From: a virus
Taxonomy: Duplodnaviria > Caudoviricetes
IMG/VR virus record: IMGVR_UViG_3300011577_000001
Direction: 5' to 3' (one strand)
DNA: 64,000 nt
The position numbers and the translations under genes were made by a program. Positions 38,301 through 48,531 of the stretch are shown piece by piece (the stretch's first letter is position 1; the number at the start of each line of letters is the position of its first letter). The notes under the pieces are model-generated. The model did no database searches. It saw only the letters and a list, made by a program, of their open reading frames with translations, and was not told where the DNA came from.

Positions 38301-38797
38301 TGCGACACCGCCGGAGCCAGACGTGGTTGAACGTAGCGAGTGTCGTAACCTTCTTCACCCGGCAGCAGGTTCTGCGGGTCAGGATACAACATCTGCCAGA
38401 TACGCAGGTTGGTGCTGCTGCGCTGTTTCAGTTCAGCACAGTAGTTGAACAACATGTGCCCAACGTTGACCGGGTGCATACCTGAACGCATCGGAGTAGG
38501 ATCACCATCCGAACGTTTGACAATGTCGGTACGTACAGACTCTTCGGCTTTGCCTTCTTTGATCCAGGCTTGCGCTTGGTTCTTGAGCATCATGCCCAAG
38601 ATACGGTTGTCGATCACACCGCAGATGAACAGCTCCGGCAGACCGAGGCGATCCAGACCCACGGTGTAGGAGTAGTTCAGACCGTCGCCACCAGCGTGTT
38701 GCGGAACACCCTGAACGCTCAGGATCGCAAACTTGTTGGCAGCGATCGAACGCTTGATGTGACGCTTCACTTGTTTCTTGGTGTCTGCAACTTTCAT
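38297..38797 (-). CDS. DUF4262-like protein
   Basis: YSYTVGL...GLPEL...G and Q..YPD....LP.E.GY...QP.L motifs. Confidence 0.75.
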   Translation of the reverse strand: MKVADTKKQVKRHIKRSIAANKFAILSVQGVPQHAGGDGLNYSYTVGLDRLGLPELFICGVIDNRILGMMLKNQAQAWIKEGKAEESVRTDIVKRSDGDPTPMRSGMHPVNVGHMLFNYCAELKQRSSTNLRIWQMLYPDPQNLLPGEEGYDTRYVQPRLAPAVSQ

Positions 38798-38798
38798 G

Positions 38799-39311
38799 TT
38801 ACTTCCTTTTAATAGGGGTGACAGTGGCGCGAGGGGCTCCGAGGCGATGCGGGATCGGACCCGTGCCTTTCGGAATCTTCATCAGTTTAGCGCGACGCTT
38901 GCGAATCGCTTCGGGAACGTACATGAACAATGCTGGCGCAGAGAAGTCAGGTTGGCCCTGCTTGATCTGTACCAGTACTGCCATCATTTCTTCTTTCGGT
39001 GGGTTCGACCAATCCATCTCGATAGTGCTAGCCGAATCCCAACGGATGCAATTCGGAGCATTGTCGAGCATGAACTTGTCCATACCCTGGTGCTTGATGG
39101 TGCGTTTGATAGCGGCAGCCGTGCTATTCATCGGCCCATCGATGTTGCGGGTTGCGTAGAAGCAGTAGTGATCCAGGTTGTTACCCGAAGCAATCTCGTA
39201 GTACGAGAGGTGACTTTGAATCGGGATGGTCAACAAGAAACAACGAGTACCTACAAACGCATGACTGCGGTTGGTGTGGTACTCTTTTAGCTTACGGACG
39301 ATCAGTGACAT
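38799..39311 (-). CDS. hypothetical protein
   Basis: ORF 38799-39350, likely start MSLIVRK. Confidence 0.65.
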   Translation of the reverse strand: MSLIVRKLKEYHTNRSHAFVGTRCFLLTIPIQSHLSYYEIASGNNLDHYCFYATRNIDGPMNSTAAAIKRTIKHQGMDKFMLDNAPNCIRWDSASTIEMDWSNPPKEEMMAVLVQIKQGQPDFSAPALFMYVPEAIRKRRAKLMKIPKGTGPIPHRLGAPRATVTPIKRK

Positions 39312-39712
39312 TCCTTGTCGCTCCTGAACTGTTCGAGGATCACGAGACACTCAGCTTCGGTTGGTGGGCGCGGAGGCAGGTTCTCAAACATCAAGTACAT
39401 CCCTTCGGTACGCCCACGATTCTTGTACCAACCCACCCACAGACAAGTCGGCTGAGCGTTGATCATCTCATTTTCGTCTTCATACGGCAGCGTCAGGAAG
39501 CCCATCAGGCTGATCGTGCCGAAATGCTGGTTCTCTTCGCACACATGGTTAATGCGGAAGTCGTCGACCTCGCGCTCGAACAGCGACCGAATACGGTTCG
39601 TGGTGACGCACTGCCAGTTGTCACCGGTGAATTCACCATCCCTGAAAGAACACTTGGGATCTGAAGCAAAGTTTGCTGGCTTACCACGGGCTACACAAGC
39701 TTCACAAGTCAT
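39302..39712 (-). CDS. Cys-rich hypothetical protein
   Basis: CxxC...C..F..NWQC...WYK.RGRT. Confidence 0.7.
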   Translation of the reverse strand: MTCEACVARGKPANFASDPKCSFRDGEFTGDNWQCVTTNRIRSLFEREVDDFRINHVCEENQHFGTISLMGFLTLPYEDENEMINAQPTCLWVGWYKNRGRTEGMYLMFENLPPRPPTEAECLVILEQFRSDKECH

Positions 39713-40308
39713 TACGCTGCTCTCTTCAATTCGTTTCCATATTGGTCCACCAGAGCTTGAGCTTTGGCACGACCCTCGTCGGTATAAAGGTTGATGCGTT
39801 TCGGGATACCCGCACGGATCGCCATCTGTAGCGCCATGTTGGTTCCACCTTTAACCACTTCAGTTTTGCCCACTGGTTTAGCCCAGTAGATTATTGCGCG
39901 GACTGGATCATTCAACATGTGTCCATGAATCTGGAACACGTTGCGTGTGTGCATGGCTTTGGCTCCACGCTTACACTTATCCCACGCAGGATGGACTTCT
40001 GATGCCATGCTGTGCGCAGTCTCCCAAGTGGGAAACTTCGTCGCATCGTAAAAGAAGTTCTTAGGGTCGTGGTGGCGACCCCAAACCCCATCCCATGCCA
40101 GATAGATCCTAGCCTTTAAATCGTAGTACCAACGACTTTGGACTGCACCGTCATAAAACGCACGGTCAGCACCCTCAGCATCTCCACTGCTCAAAGCAAA
40201 GCCCTGAGCATAAAGCGCCAGACTAATTTGTCGCATCAACGCCAGAATGTCCTCCGGCGTTTCACGACTCCCCACTCCTGCAAACCACCCCCGGAAGATT
40301 GGTGGCAT
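39712..40308 (-). CDS. stand-alone SLOG / DprA(Smf)-like Rossmann-fold protein
   Basis: FAGVGSRETP, LSSGDAEGAD.AF, HP.W, RN..QI.G, GGT..A motifs. Confidence 0.8.
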   Translation of the reverse strand: MPPIFRGWFAGVGSRETPEDILALMRQISLALYAQGFALSSGDAEGADRAFYDGAVQSRWYYDLKARIYLAWDGVWGRHHDPKNFFYDATKFPTWETAHSMASEVHPAWDKCKRGAKAMHTRNVFQIHGHMLNDPVRAIIYWAKPVGKTEVVKGGTNMALQMAIRAGIPKRINLYTDEGRAKAQALVDQYGNELKRAA

Positions 40309-40312
40309 GTAA

Positions 40313-40612
40313 TCAATCCTCGACTTTGTATTCCAGGTACTTACTCGACGGGATCGGACCCGTTACCTTGAATGCAGCCCAATAGTCCTTGTTGTAACGC
40401 AAGGTCACATGGAAATAGTCATTTACCCGACGCAGCTCAATCTTCTTGAGCGTTTGACCGGGGAGGTGGTAGTTCGCACTGTCCTTGAAGAATTCAATTA
40501 CCTGCGAGAACTCTTCAAAGTAGAACCGCGTATTCGGGTCCAGCGGATGGAACTCTTGACCATCTTGTTTCAGATGGATGAGTCCAAAGGGGGGATATTG
40601 TTCAGGGCGCAT
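40313..40612 (-). CDS. hypothetical protein
   Basis: 99-aa ORF, GAGG SD. Confidence 0.65.
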   Translation of the reverse strand: MRPEQYPPFGLIHLKQDGQEFHPLDPNTRFYFEEFSQVIEFFKDSANYHLPGQTLKKIELRRVNDYFHVTLRYNKDYWAAFKVTGPIPSSKYLEYKVED

Positions 40613-41034
40613 GTGGACTTAACCTCGTCGAGATCCAGATTGATGAGTAACTTGTCGCCATTGATTACCTCCATATGCTCCACGGTATAGACAACGCCAT
40701 TACCGTTTCGAATATAAGGAATCACATAGACATAGATTTGGTTGTACATTTCGAAGACAAAGTCCACGAACATCCGGTTCTCCAAAGTGGACATCTCCAC
40801 AATGATGTTCCCAACCGCATCTTTTTCGTCACCCTCTACATCTTCATTCTCGTAAATCATATCCAAATACAGATTGAACAGACTTGCGATGTTGTTGCGA
40901 TCTAGACGTTCCGGGTTCTGCATTGCAAACGTGCAAACGAAATCAATACAGTACCAGAGGTTGTGCTCAATAGCCCCTGACATGGTTTGCATCAACTCAC
41001 GACAGGGGATTACAAACTTGGCCTCCATAAGCAC
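40570..41034 (-). CDS. hypothetical protein
   Basis: 154-aa ORF. Confidence 0.7.
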   Translation of the reverse strand: MLMEAKFVIPCRELMQTMSGAIEHNLWYCIDFVCTFAMQNPERLDRNNIASLFNLYLDMIYENEDVEGDEKDAVGNIIVEMSTLENRMFVDFVFEMYNQIYVYVIPYIRNGNGVVYTVEHMEVINGDKLLINLDLDEVKSTCALNNIPPLDSSI

Positions 41035-41035
41035 C

Positions 41036-41272
41036 TCACGACATCAGGATGTCCCTGATGAACTGAATGTGGAAAACCAAAGCAAATATTGCAGCGATGA
41101 TCCACAACACAAAAGTACAAAGACCGACGTTCCATGGTTCGTGTCGCCACGACCAACAGATCGCTTTCCAGAACTCTTTTGGGTCATCATCACAACGAGC
41201 ATAGGCGCCGATGTAGAATGCAATATTTAGAGCAATGAAGAGGAGCACGCCGGTAAGAAAGTAACTGATCAT
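41036..41272 (-). CDS. small membrane protein (2 TM)
   Basis: Start refined to MISYF (ATGA overlap). Confidence 0.65.
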   Translation of the reverse strand: MISYFLTGVLLFIALNIAFYIGAYARCDDDPKEFWKAICWSWRHEPWNVGLCTFVLWIIAAIFALVFHIQFIRDILMS

Positions 41273-41514
41273 GGGAAGAACTTCGTGTAGTTGATGTAGG
41301 AGATGATGGGGAACAGGATTGCGTGGAGGACTACCAGACCCATCCAAAGACGGACGATGCTCACCCCACGGTTTTGACGCCAGAGCATTTCGATCTGTGC
41401 CTTCCACTCGGGCCAATCAAAGCCCAGTTCAGCGTGGAAAATACGGAACGAGACAAACAGGAACACGGTAGTCCAAAGGAACACCTTGAAGTAGATTGGC
41501 AACTCAGCAGCCAT
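41269..41514 (-). CDS. small membrane protein (2 TM)
   Basis: 81-aa hydrophobic ORF. Confidence 0.65.
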   Translation of the reverse strand: MAAELPIYFKVFLWTTVFLFVSFRIFHAELGFDWPEWKAQIEMLWRQNRGVSIVRLWMGLVVLHAILFPIISYINYTKFFP

Positions 41515-41565
41515 TTTCTTTTTGCTTCCTCAAGCATAGAAGGGCTCCCGAAGGAGCCCATAAGG

Positions 41566-42048
41566 TTATTTGGCGAAGTCGAACAGACCAATCCAGTACC
41601 AGAACAGACCGATACCGATGCTCACCATGTAGAACGTGTTGTAAGTCTTCTGGTCGACTGTCTTGAAATCACCAATAGCTTCACGCACCGCCCAGAACTG
41701 TTTCCAGCGAGGACGTGGGTGGTAGCTGACGCCTTGCTTCTTGGCAATGAGATAACGGTACCCGCAGGCTAAGAGCAAATACCAGAGACACGACGACACG
41801 GCTGCTGCGGTGAGCGCGCCGCCAGAAAACGCCATACCGAACATCAGACCATGAAGACCGCACCACCACATCAACTCCAGGGTGACTTTGATCAATGCTT
41901 TGTCTTTAAAGCAGGGCCAGCTACCTTTGATAATCTCCAAAGGTTTCCAACCTATAGTTTCGATGCCACTTCTGACAGTCGCGTACACGACAATCACCAG
42001 GGCGATTACAATGCCGCTCAGAACTCCAATTTGTACTGCGTTCATCAC
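41566..42048 (-). CDS. multi-pass membrane protein
   Basis: 160 aa, about 4 hydrophobic segments, AAGGAG SD. Confidence 0.75.
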   Translation of the reverse strand: MMNAVQIGVLSGIVIALVIVVYATVRSGIETIGWKPLEIIKGSWPCFKDKALIKVTLELMWWCGLHGLMFGMAFSGGALTAAAVSSCLWYLLLACGYRYLIAKKQGVSYHPRPRWKQFWAVREAIGDFKTVDQKTYNTFYMVSIGIGLFWYWIGLFDFAK

Positions 42049-42069
42049 ATCTCCTTAGATGTTATTAGA

Positions 42070-43005
42070 TTAGCGGTTACCGCGGTTGTCGCCCGGTTCT
42101 TCATCTTCGTCCACCAGATGTGGACAGTCGTCGAAGTTGAACTTCTCGTGAGGCAGCACTTCCTCTTCCTCATCGCCGTCCATGAAGAGAGGGTAATCCT
42201 CGTCTTTCAAAACCTCAGGGTTCTTGTCGAGATGAGCTGCCACGTGTAAGTGGCGGTACAGCGGTGGAATGAATCGAGCGTAGCGCTTAACGATCTCATC
42301 CCCGAGGTAACGACGGAAGTTCCACGTGAACAGATAGTGGGCCAGTTTCTTAACGGACTCAATACCGGCTTCTTTAAAGCTGATGCCTTTGGCTTTATTC
42401 AGTTGGATGACAGCGTGCCAGAACTGTCCGAAAGCGAGATGGTATTCTTCCCAGCTCATCTTCCGAGGATAATGGTCCACCCCTTCCTGGATGTGTTCGT
42501 TGTTGTAGTCCTTCAACAGGTTCTCCAGAGCGTGCAAACACTCGGTGTTTTCGTTGAAGAAATAGTTACGACCAAACTCGGCACCCATCAAGCCATAGTA
42601 ACCAGCGCCAGTTCGAGACAAGACATTCTTACGTGCCTTCTCCTCCTGTTGCTGTTCCATCATCTTCTCGTGGACTTTGCGTTGCTCCATCACCTCTTTG
42701 AGATTGTGTTCCTTCACCACGCACGACTTGGTAATGTCGGCCGGGCCAGGCCACCCCAAGGCTTGCCAGACCAGCGACAAAGCATCATCGTAGTCAACCT
42801 TAAGGTCTCGCCAAACGTGGTGCAGTAAACGTCCCATGAGGGATTGTGAGATGTACATCTTTCCACGGATTTTATCCAGTATCTCTTCTACCGCAGCCTT
42901 GTCGATGTGGGGCTCTAACACCACGTTGCGAAACTTGGAACGATTTACCTTGTGCGACTTACCCGGACGCAGGTAGTACACTGTTGCATTCTTCTTTGAG
43001 CCCAT
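42070..43005 (-). CDS. hypothetical protein with acidic C-terminus
   Basis: 311-aa ORF, AAGGG SD. Confidence 0.8.
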   Translation of the reverse strand: MGSKKNATVYYLRPGKSHKVNRSKFRNVVLEPHIDKAAVEEILDKIRGKMYISQSLMGRLLHHVWRDLKVDYDDALSLVWQALGWPGPADITKSCVVKEHNLKEVMEQRKVHEKMMEQQQEEKARKNVLSRTGAGYYGLMGAEFGRNYFFNENTECLHALENLLKDYNNEHIQEGVDHYPRKMSWEEYHLAFGQFWHAVIQLNKAKGISFKEAGIESVKKLAHYLFTWNFRRYLGDEIVKRYARFIPPLYRHLHVAAHLDKNPEVLKDEDYPLFMDGDEEEEVLPHEKFNFDDCPHLVDEDEEPGDNRGNR

Positions 43006-43053
43006 GATATTTCCCTTACAGATAGATGCGGGTCCCCGAAGAGACCCTAAATG

Positions 43054-43797
43054 TTACATGCGTGGAACAGTCACGCCGGTTTGACCCTGATACTTCCCAC
43101 CACGGTCTTTGTACGAGGTTTCGCAGGCCTCGTCAGACTCGAGGAACAACATCTGCGCTACGCCTTCGTTTGCGTAGATCTTCGCGGGCAGAGTAGTGGT
43201 GTTGGAGAACTCCAGCGTCACTTGACCTTCCCACTCAGGTTCCAGCGGGGTTACGTTGACGATGATGCCACAACGAGCATACGTCGACTTACCCAGGCAG
43301 ATGGTCAGCACGTTGCGCGGAATGCGGAAGTACTCAACCGTTTGGGCCAACGCGAAGCTGTTCGGCGGGATGATGCAGACGTCGGACTCGATATCGACAA
43401 AAGCACCCTCGTCGAAGTTCTTCGGATCGACAGTGGCCGAATTGATGTTGGTGAACACCTTGAACTTGTTGCCACAGCGAACGTCGTAGCCGTAGGATGA
43501 GGTGCCGTACGAGATCACCGGATCAATGCGATCATTGAGGACCTGGTTCTTGACGTGCTTCTTGCGAACCTGACCGTATTCGAACGGTTCGATCATTGGC
43601 TTGAAGCCCGTAACGATCGGGTCATTATCTTTCAGCCGCACAGCCCAGAAACGAGCCTCGAGGCTTTCGAGTTGCTCACGGGTGTGGGTGATACCTTCCC
43701 ACGCCGGTTCCTTGACTTCACTGGAACCCGGACGCACGTAAAGCAGGTGGGTTGGTGGAATGGACTTACGGCGAATCCAGCGATCGGATTTTATCAA
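43054..43797 (-). CDS. dcd: dCTP deaminase with an N-terminal insertion
   Basis: [61 protein letters not shown]. Confidence 0.95.
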   Translation of the reverse strand: MIKSDRWIRRKSIPPTHLLYVRPGSSEVKEPAWEGITHTREQLESLEARFWAVRLKDNDPIVTGFKPMIEPFEYGQVRKKHVKNQVLNDRIDPVISYGTSSYGYDVRCGNKFKVFTNINSATVDPKNFDEGAFVDIESDVCIIPPNSFALAQTVEYFRIPRNVLTICLGKSTYARCGIIVNVTPLEPEWEGQVTLEFSNTTTLPAKIYANEGVAQMLFLESDEACETSYKDRGGKYQGQTGVTVPRM

Positions 43798-44072
43798 TTT
43801 TTAACTCCTTTAGTAAAAGGTCTTCGATTCAGATTGCTGGTAGAGTAATCGACCCACCGGCAGTTTTCTGGAACATAATGGCCGTTGTTACTTTCGCGAT
43901 CAAGTAGATAGCCCTCTGGCTTTTCACCCATATCGAAAAGAAATTCCTGGAATGAGTCTAGCCATTTTTGACAGACCCTGATTCCTCGACCACCGTAATG
44001 TTCATATTCTGGATTGGACGGATTCGTACACCGGTTGATCATGTTAGCCCAAGCCGCGTAAGTAGGCGACAC
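43794..44072 (-). mobile_element. short, possibly truncated HNH endonuclease
   Basis: TY..W..M..RC.NP..Y..YGGRGI.VC..W..SF..F..DMGEKP...LDR..NNG.Y.PENCRW; in-frame THGHS upstream of the annotated start. Confidence 0.8.
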
Positions 44073-44199
44073 TTGGCCGCCAACAGAATGACCATGGGTA
44101 ATGCTTCCGTATTTACGATTATGGTCTTGGAAGTGTACAAGATCTGAGTCTTGTAACCGGTGGTGCGGAAAGCTTCCTTCACCGTGTCAACCAGTTCTT

Positions 44200-44364
44200 C
44201 TACCGTGGTTTCGCTCCCCTTGCAGCAGCCATCTTCTTGTACTTCTCAATCATGGGAAAGAGATTGTTCTTGTGGCGCAGACCTAAGCGTTCACAACGCT
44301 TGACTTTTGCCTCTTCCTTCTTGATAGCTTTCTCAAGCTTTTCCAGTTCATCATCGCCACCCAC
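44200..44364 (-). CDS. small basic coiled-coil protein (54 aa, MGGDDELEKLEKAIKKEE...)
   Basis: Read manually: AGGAG SD + GTG, downstream of the promoter-like motif at 44394. Confidence 0.6.
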   Translation of the reverse strand: MGGDDELEKLEKAIKKEEAKVKRCERLGLRHKNNLFPMIEKYKKMAAARGAKPR

Positions 44365-44393
44365 AAGAATTCTCCTAATGGTATTGCCAGTCT

Positions 44394-44419
44394 ATAATCT
44401 AGATCTGAGATATTTTTTA
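44394..44419 (-). promoter_or_regulatory. degenerate phiKZ-type early promoter
   Basis: Minus strand AAAAATATCTCAGATCTAGATTAT aligns with the other copies. Confidence 0.45.
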
Positions 44420-44508
44420 TTACCGCCTCAAGGGTATGTAAGAAATTATCGTATTGTATGTTGGACCCAAGATTGTCCACCTGCAACGTCCCTTTGAAGA
44501 GAGCGATC

Positions 44509-45042
44509 ATGACTGATTTAACCAAAGCCCCCAACCAGGTCATTATCGACCTGATCAATGCCGACAACGCGCCCCTGGCACTCACCGCCGAACTGGTAAC
44601 CTTCGGTCTTCCGACCGCAGCTACCGGCGAGAACCCGGCCAAAAACACCGAACTGACTGTTTCTGCTGCCGAAGGTAGCGGTTACTCTGGCTCGGTCGTC
44701 GTCACGTACAACCGTATTGCACTGTCGACCATTCCGACTATCGCCGCTGCACCTGCCGAGTTCCAACTCGGTAACGCTACCACCCTCAAGGATCTGATCC
44801 CCGAATTCAATGCCAAGTACGGCGTCAATCTGACCGACGACGATTACGTCGACGCTCCGATCCCGGAATTCACCGGTGAGCTGAACGAAGAGCACACTGT
44901 CCAACTCGTCGCCAAGGCCGACTCGCTGATTTACATCGGCTCCGTCGACATCGTGATCAAGGGTGCTGACATCCCGCTGGCTTCCGTCCTGACCAACACC
45001 GCTCTGAACGGTCTGGTCTACGAAGCACCAGTGGCTCCGTAA
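44509..45042 (+). CDS. putative virion fibre/structural protein, family A (N-module only)
   Basis: LIN..N...LT...F..P..NT..V.A...Y.G.V.V.YNR..L motif shared with its neighbours; high-expression codon bias; own terminator at 45059-45090. Confidence 0.75.
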   Translation: MTDLTKAPNQVIIDLINADNAPLALTAELVTFGLPTAATGENPAKNTELTVSAAEGSGYSGSVVVTYNRIALSTIPTIAAAPAEFQLGNATTLKDLIPEFNAKYGVNLTDDDYVDAPIPEFTGELNEEHTVQLVAKADSLIYIGSVDIVIKGADIPLASVLTNTALNGLVYEAPVAP

Positions 45043-45129
45043 GAAACCCTGACGCTGAGCGGAGGAGGGGCTTCGGCCTCTCCTCCGTTTCTGCTGTTTT
45101 AAAGCACTTCGACTTCCAGGAGTTACACA

Positions 45130-45924
45130 ATGAACCTCTTACCGGGATCGTCCGAAGCTGCGCTGCTCGAACTCGTCAATCAGGCCAACAATCTGGCTCA
45201 ACCCCTCGTCGAAGGGGACTTGTACTTTGGCAAAGTCAAGGCTTTGTCGGGCGGGCTGGTTGAGATCCCTGCTGTAACGATGTATGACAGCGCGTATGAG
45301 GGCTACGTCAAGTTCCGATACCAGCGCCTGAGTCTCGCTAAAGCATTCGGCACTATCCGACCGCAACTGCGCGACATCGGTTACCCCACCCTCCATCAAC
45401 TGTTACCTGTCATCAACAAGAAGCTTGGGATCAATCTCGAGCCTGTTGACGTAGTCGATGTCAAATTCGACTGGTTGGGTAACAACGAACAACTGAACAT
45501 CCAGATCACGGCATCAACTGAGTCCTTGGGCTATGAAGGTTCTTTCATCATTACCTTCACCCGCGTTCGACCCATGTTGAACAAGGTGCTGACTGCCACT
45601 TCGTTGGATGTATTGAAACACCACACCGCTCCAGTGGAAAATAAACTTTCCCTGGCAATGGCAACTTACTCGATCGACTTCACTGACGAGAAGGGTTCGT
45701 TACAAATCTACGCCCCGTACAGTTACTGGTACGACACTGGTAAAACCCGAGCCATGTTGGCTACGTATGGTTTCCCGAACTGGCCTCAAGCACAGATCGG
45801 TACGCTTAAGTGGGGGCTGACCTCCAAGTTCCCAGAAGCGAACCAGAACTTCAAGAACGTAATCATCCATCCTAATCCGAACATCGCGGGTTACACGGGT
45901 GACGCTTACCTCCACTACAACTGA
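45130..45924 (+). CDS. putative virion structural protein, family A (N-module + LHYN C-module)
   Basis: Family motifs; ends G.AYLHYN. Confidence 0.75.
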   Translation: MNLLPGSSEAALLELVNQANNLAQPLVEGDLYFGKVKALSGGLVEIPAVTMYDSAYEGYVKFRYQRLSLAKAFGTIRPQLRDIGYPTLHQLLPVINKKLGINLEPVDVVDVKFDWLGNNEQLNIQITASTESLGYEGSFIITFTRVRPMLNKVLTATSLDVLKHHTAPVENKLSLAMATYSIDFTDEKGSLQIYAPYSYWYDTGKTRAMLATYGFPNWPQAQIGTLKWGLTSKFPEANQNFKNVIIHPNPNIAGYTGDAYLHYN

Positions 45925-45941
45925 TCCTTAGAGGTGTCGTA

Positions 45942-46775
45942 ATGGCTCTTTATAAGACACCGAAGGCTGCGATCATTGGTTCGATCAAAGCGTTGAACGG
46001 TGGCGTGACTCTGATTGAGTCCGAATACGTCTTCGGTAATCCCACTCCAGTAACCCCTGCGAGTGACGGAACCAATACCACCATCCTGATCTCCGCCAAA
46101 GATGCTGCCAGTACCTTTGACGGGTCGGTGACGGTGCGCTACACCCGACTGGATCTGGCAGACCTGCTCAAGCTGGTGCCTGCTAGCTTGGCTCTGGCTC
46201 CAGTCACTACCGTTTGGGAATTCGCCCAAGCGTTCAACAAGACCTATGGCACAGCATTCGAGCAAGGCGACTTGGTTGACGGTCCACTGAACTTGGCGAG
46301 CGGTGTCGGTACTGTGACACTGACTGCTCAGCCTAACTCGTATGGTTGGACCGGCACTGTACAGTTCTCTGTGCAGCCTGGTCGTTTCCAGATGAATCAG
46401 TTGGTGACGGTCACTACCTTGCCGGGTCTGAACTTCCCAGATCCATACGAAGGTAAACCGTTTGGTTGGGCGTATAGCTACTGGCGGAACTTCTCTCCGC
46501 TGGAACCTGTGTTGTCGGCGATCATCTCCGAGTCTGTGGATTGGGAGTCTATTGCCCAGGCACTGACTACCCTGACCAATGACTCCTGGATTACCAATGG
46601 ACAGAACCGCTTCTCGTTGAGTGGGGCGACGTTGGAGTACAACGGTCCGACTACCGGAACTGAACAAGCGAACTCGGACTACGAGAGCGTGATGATCATC
46701 CGTCTGGGTGCTGACTGCTTGGGTTATAGTGGCCGCCTGTTCCTCCACTACACTCCGGCTGAGACCGACATCTAA
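45942..46775 (+). CDS. putative virion structural protein, family A
   Basis: Y.RLDL, GW.G, GRLFLHY motifs. Confidence 0.75.
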   Translation: MALYKTPKAAIIGSIKALNGGVTLIESEYVFGNPTPVTPASDGTNTTILISAKDAASTFDGSVTVRYTRLDLADLLKLVPASLALAPVTTVWEFAQAFNKTYGTAFEQGDLVDGPLNLASGVGTVTLTAQPNSYGWTGTVQFSVQPGRFQMNQLVTVTTLPGLNFPDPYEGKPFGWAYSYWRNFSPLEPVLSAIISESVDWESIAQALTTLTNDSWITNGQNRFSLSGATLEYNGPTTGTEQANSDYESVMIIRLGADCLGYSGRLFLHYTPAETDI

Positions 46776-46785
46776 GAGGTGATCT

Positions 46786-47562
46786 ATGGATTCCAAAGAG
46801 AAACTCTTGGGCCTGATTAACGACCTCAACCAACCACAACGCGAACTCAATGATATCAACGTCAAGTTCACTGGGATCGTACCAGCAGACGAATCGGGTG
46901 CTACTATCCTGACCGTTGCTGGTGTTCCAGGTCGCGGTTACTCAGGTCAAGTTGATCTTACGTACAACCGTCTGAACCTCACTGAGATTTTGGATGGTAA
47001 GACTGTGCGCAGTCCCGATGCCTTAAATCCTGACAGCTTCTTGGAGTTAGTGAACAGTGCCTACAATCTCTTCTTGACCGCTATTGACGTCGGGGAGATC
47101 ACCATTCCAGAGTTGGGTGAAGGTGAGTATGCACAGTTGACTCTGGAAGCCAATGAGGACTCCTTGGGCTTTGTTGGTACAGCCACCGTACGGTTGGAAT
47201 TTGGTAAGTCTTGGTTGGATCAGGTTGTAGGCAATCGGAACCTGAAAGAACTGACGCACCCTATAAAAGTCGACTACCGCATGTCAGCTCGTATGATGAC
47301 GTGGGATAAAGACTTCACCTGTATGCGCGATGCTATTGCGTTGACCAAGACCCGTGAGTATACCGATTGGCCTTCGCTCCAAGCTGCGGCGACCTACATG
47401 GGAATTCCTGGGTGGTCTCCTCATTACCTCGTGGACAAAGCGACTTCGGAAATTCCCGACGCTAACCCCGCATTCGATCGCGTTGTGATTCAGGCGGTTC
47501 ACAACGAGGTCAATCTGTTGGGTCCGATCTACCTCCACTACAACGTCCTCGAAGAGATCTAG
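46786..47562 (+). CDS. putative virion structural protein, family A
   Basis: YNRLNL, SLGFVG, GPIYLHYN motifs. Confidence 0.75.
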   Translation: MDSKEKLLGLINDLNQPQRELNDINVKFTGIVPADESGATILTVAGVPGRGYSGQVDLTYNRLNLTEILDGKTVRSPDALNPDSFLELVNSAYNLFLTAIDVGEITIPELGEGEYAQLTLEANEDSLGFVGTATVRLEFGKSWLDQVVGNRNLKELTHPIKVDYRMSARMMTWDKDFTCMRDAIALTKTREYTDWPSLQAAATYMGIPGWSPHYLVDKATSEIPDANPAFDRVVIQAVHNEVNLLGPIYLHYNVLEEI

Positions 47563-47564
47563 TA

Positions 47565-48521
47565 ATGGCCATTTATAAGTTTCCTCCGAAACAAGAGGTT
47601 TACGACCTCATCAACCAGGCGAACCCTGGTTTGACCAAACCGTTGACGGCAACCAACTGTGTGTTGGCTAACCCAGTAGTCATCGCTGGTGCGGTATACC
47701 CCGCGTCGAACTCCTCGATCGTGGTTTCGCCAGCTCCAGGTAACTCGGACTACATCGGCAAACAAACGCTGAAGTACAACCGTCGTGACCTCTCCAAGAT
47801 GTTCCGTGGTATCACAGTCTCGGTGAAGAAATACGCGACTCGTGCTCCAACTGCTGGTAACCAACTGGCCTTCACCATTTACGAACTGTTACCAGACATC
47901 AACCGTCTGTACGGTCTGAACCTGACCGAAGATGATGTCAACACTGGTAACATCCTGCGTGGTAACACACTGGAAGGTGGTCAATACACCACCACCGTGA
48001 CGGTCACCACCAAAGCAACCTCTTTGGGTTACATCGGTTCCTTTGCTCTGAAGTGGTTGAACACCCCACAAAGCTTAGTGGACATGATCACCAGTCTGGA
48101 CCTGGATGGTCGCAAGTATCCTGGTGGTAACCTGTTCGATGAGACCCACCTGCCGATTCTGTCGGGTGAGGCCTATCGTCTGGACTTCTCTCAGACATTC
48201 ATCAACGCGGGTTACACTCCTCCGATCTTTGCAAAAGCAACCATCGGGCTGAACACTACTTGGGGTAACGTCTACGCCGCCGTTGCTGCTGCAATCAACG
48301 CGGCTTCTGGTGGTCGTACGTTCCTGAAAGGTTACGTGTCTGGTGAGAACTACAAAACTCACCCAGGCACCGTGTTGGGTATGACTCACCAGTGTATGGC
48401 TCTGCCCGCACCGGACTTCCCCGAATTGAACAGCCGGTTCTACAACCGCTGCTTGGTTGTCTTCGTCCCAGAAGACTGCCCATGGGCACAGGGTAACCTG
48501 TACCTGCACTTCAACGTCTGA
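47565..48521 (+). CDS. putative virion structural protein, family A
   Basis: YNRRDL, SLGYIG, GNLYLHFN motifs. Confidence 0.75.
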   Translation: MAIYKFPPKQEVYDLINQANPGLTKPLTATNCVLANPVVIAGAVYPASNSSIVVSPAPGNSDYIGKQTLKYNRRDLSKMFRGITVSVKKYATRAPTAGNQLAFTIYELLPDINRLYGLNLTEDDVNTGNILRGNTLEGGQYTTTVTVTTKATSLGYIGSFALKWLNTPQSLVDMITSLDLDGRKYPGGNLFDETHLPILSGEAYRLDFSQTFINAGYTPPIFAKATIGLNTTWGNVYAAVAAAINAASGGRTFLKGYVSGENYKTHPGTVLGMTHQCMALPAPDFPELNSRFYNRCLVVFVPEDCPWAQGNLYLHFNV

Positions 48522-48531
48522 GGACTAGGTC

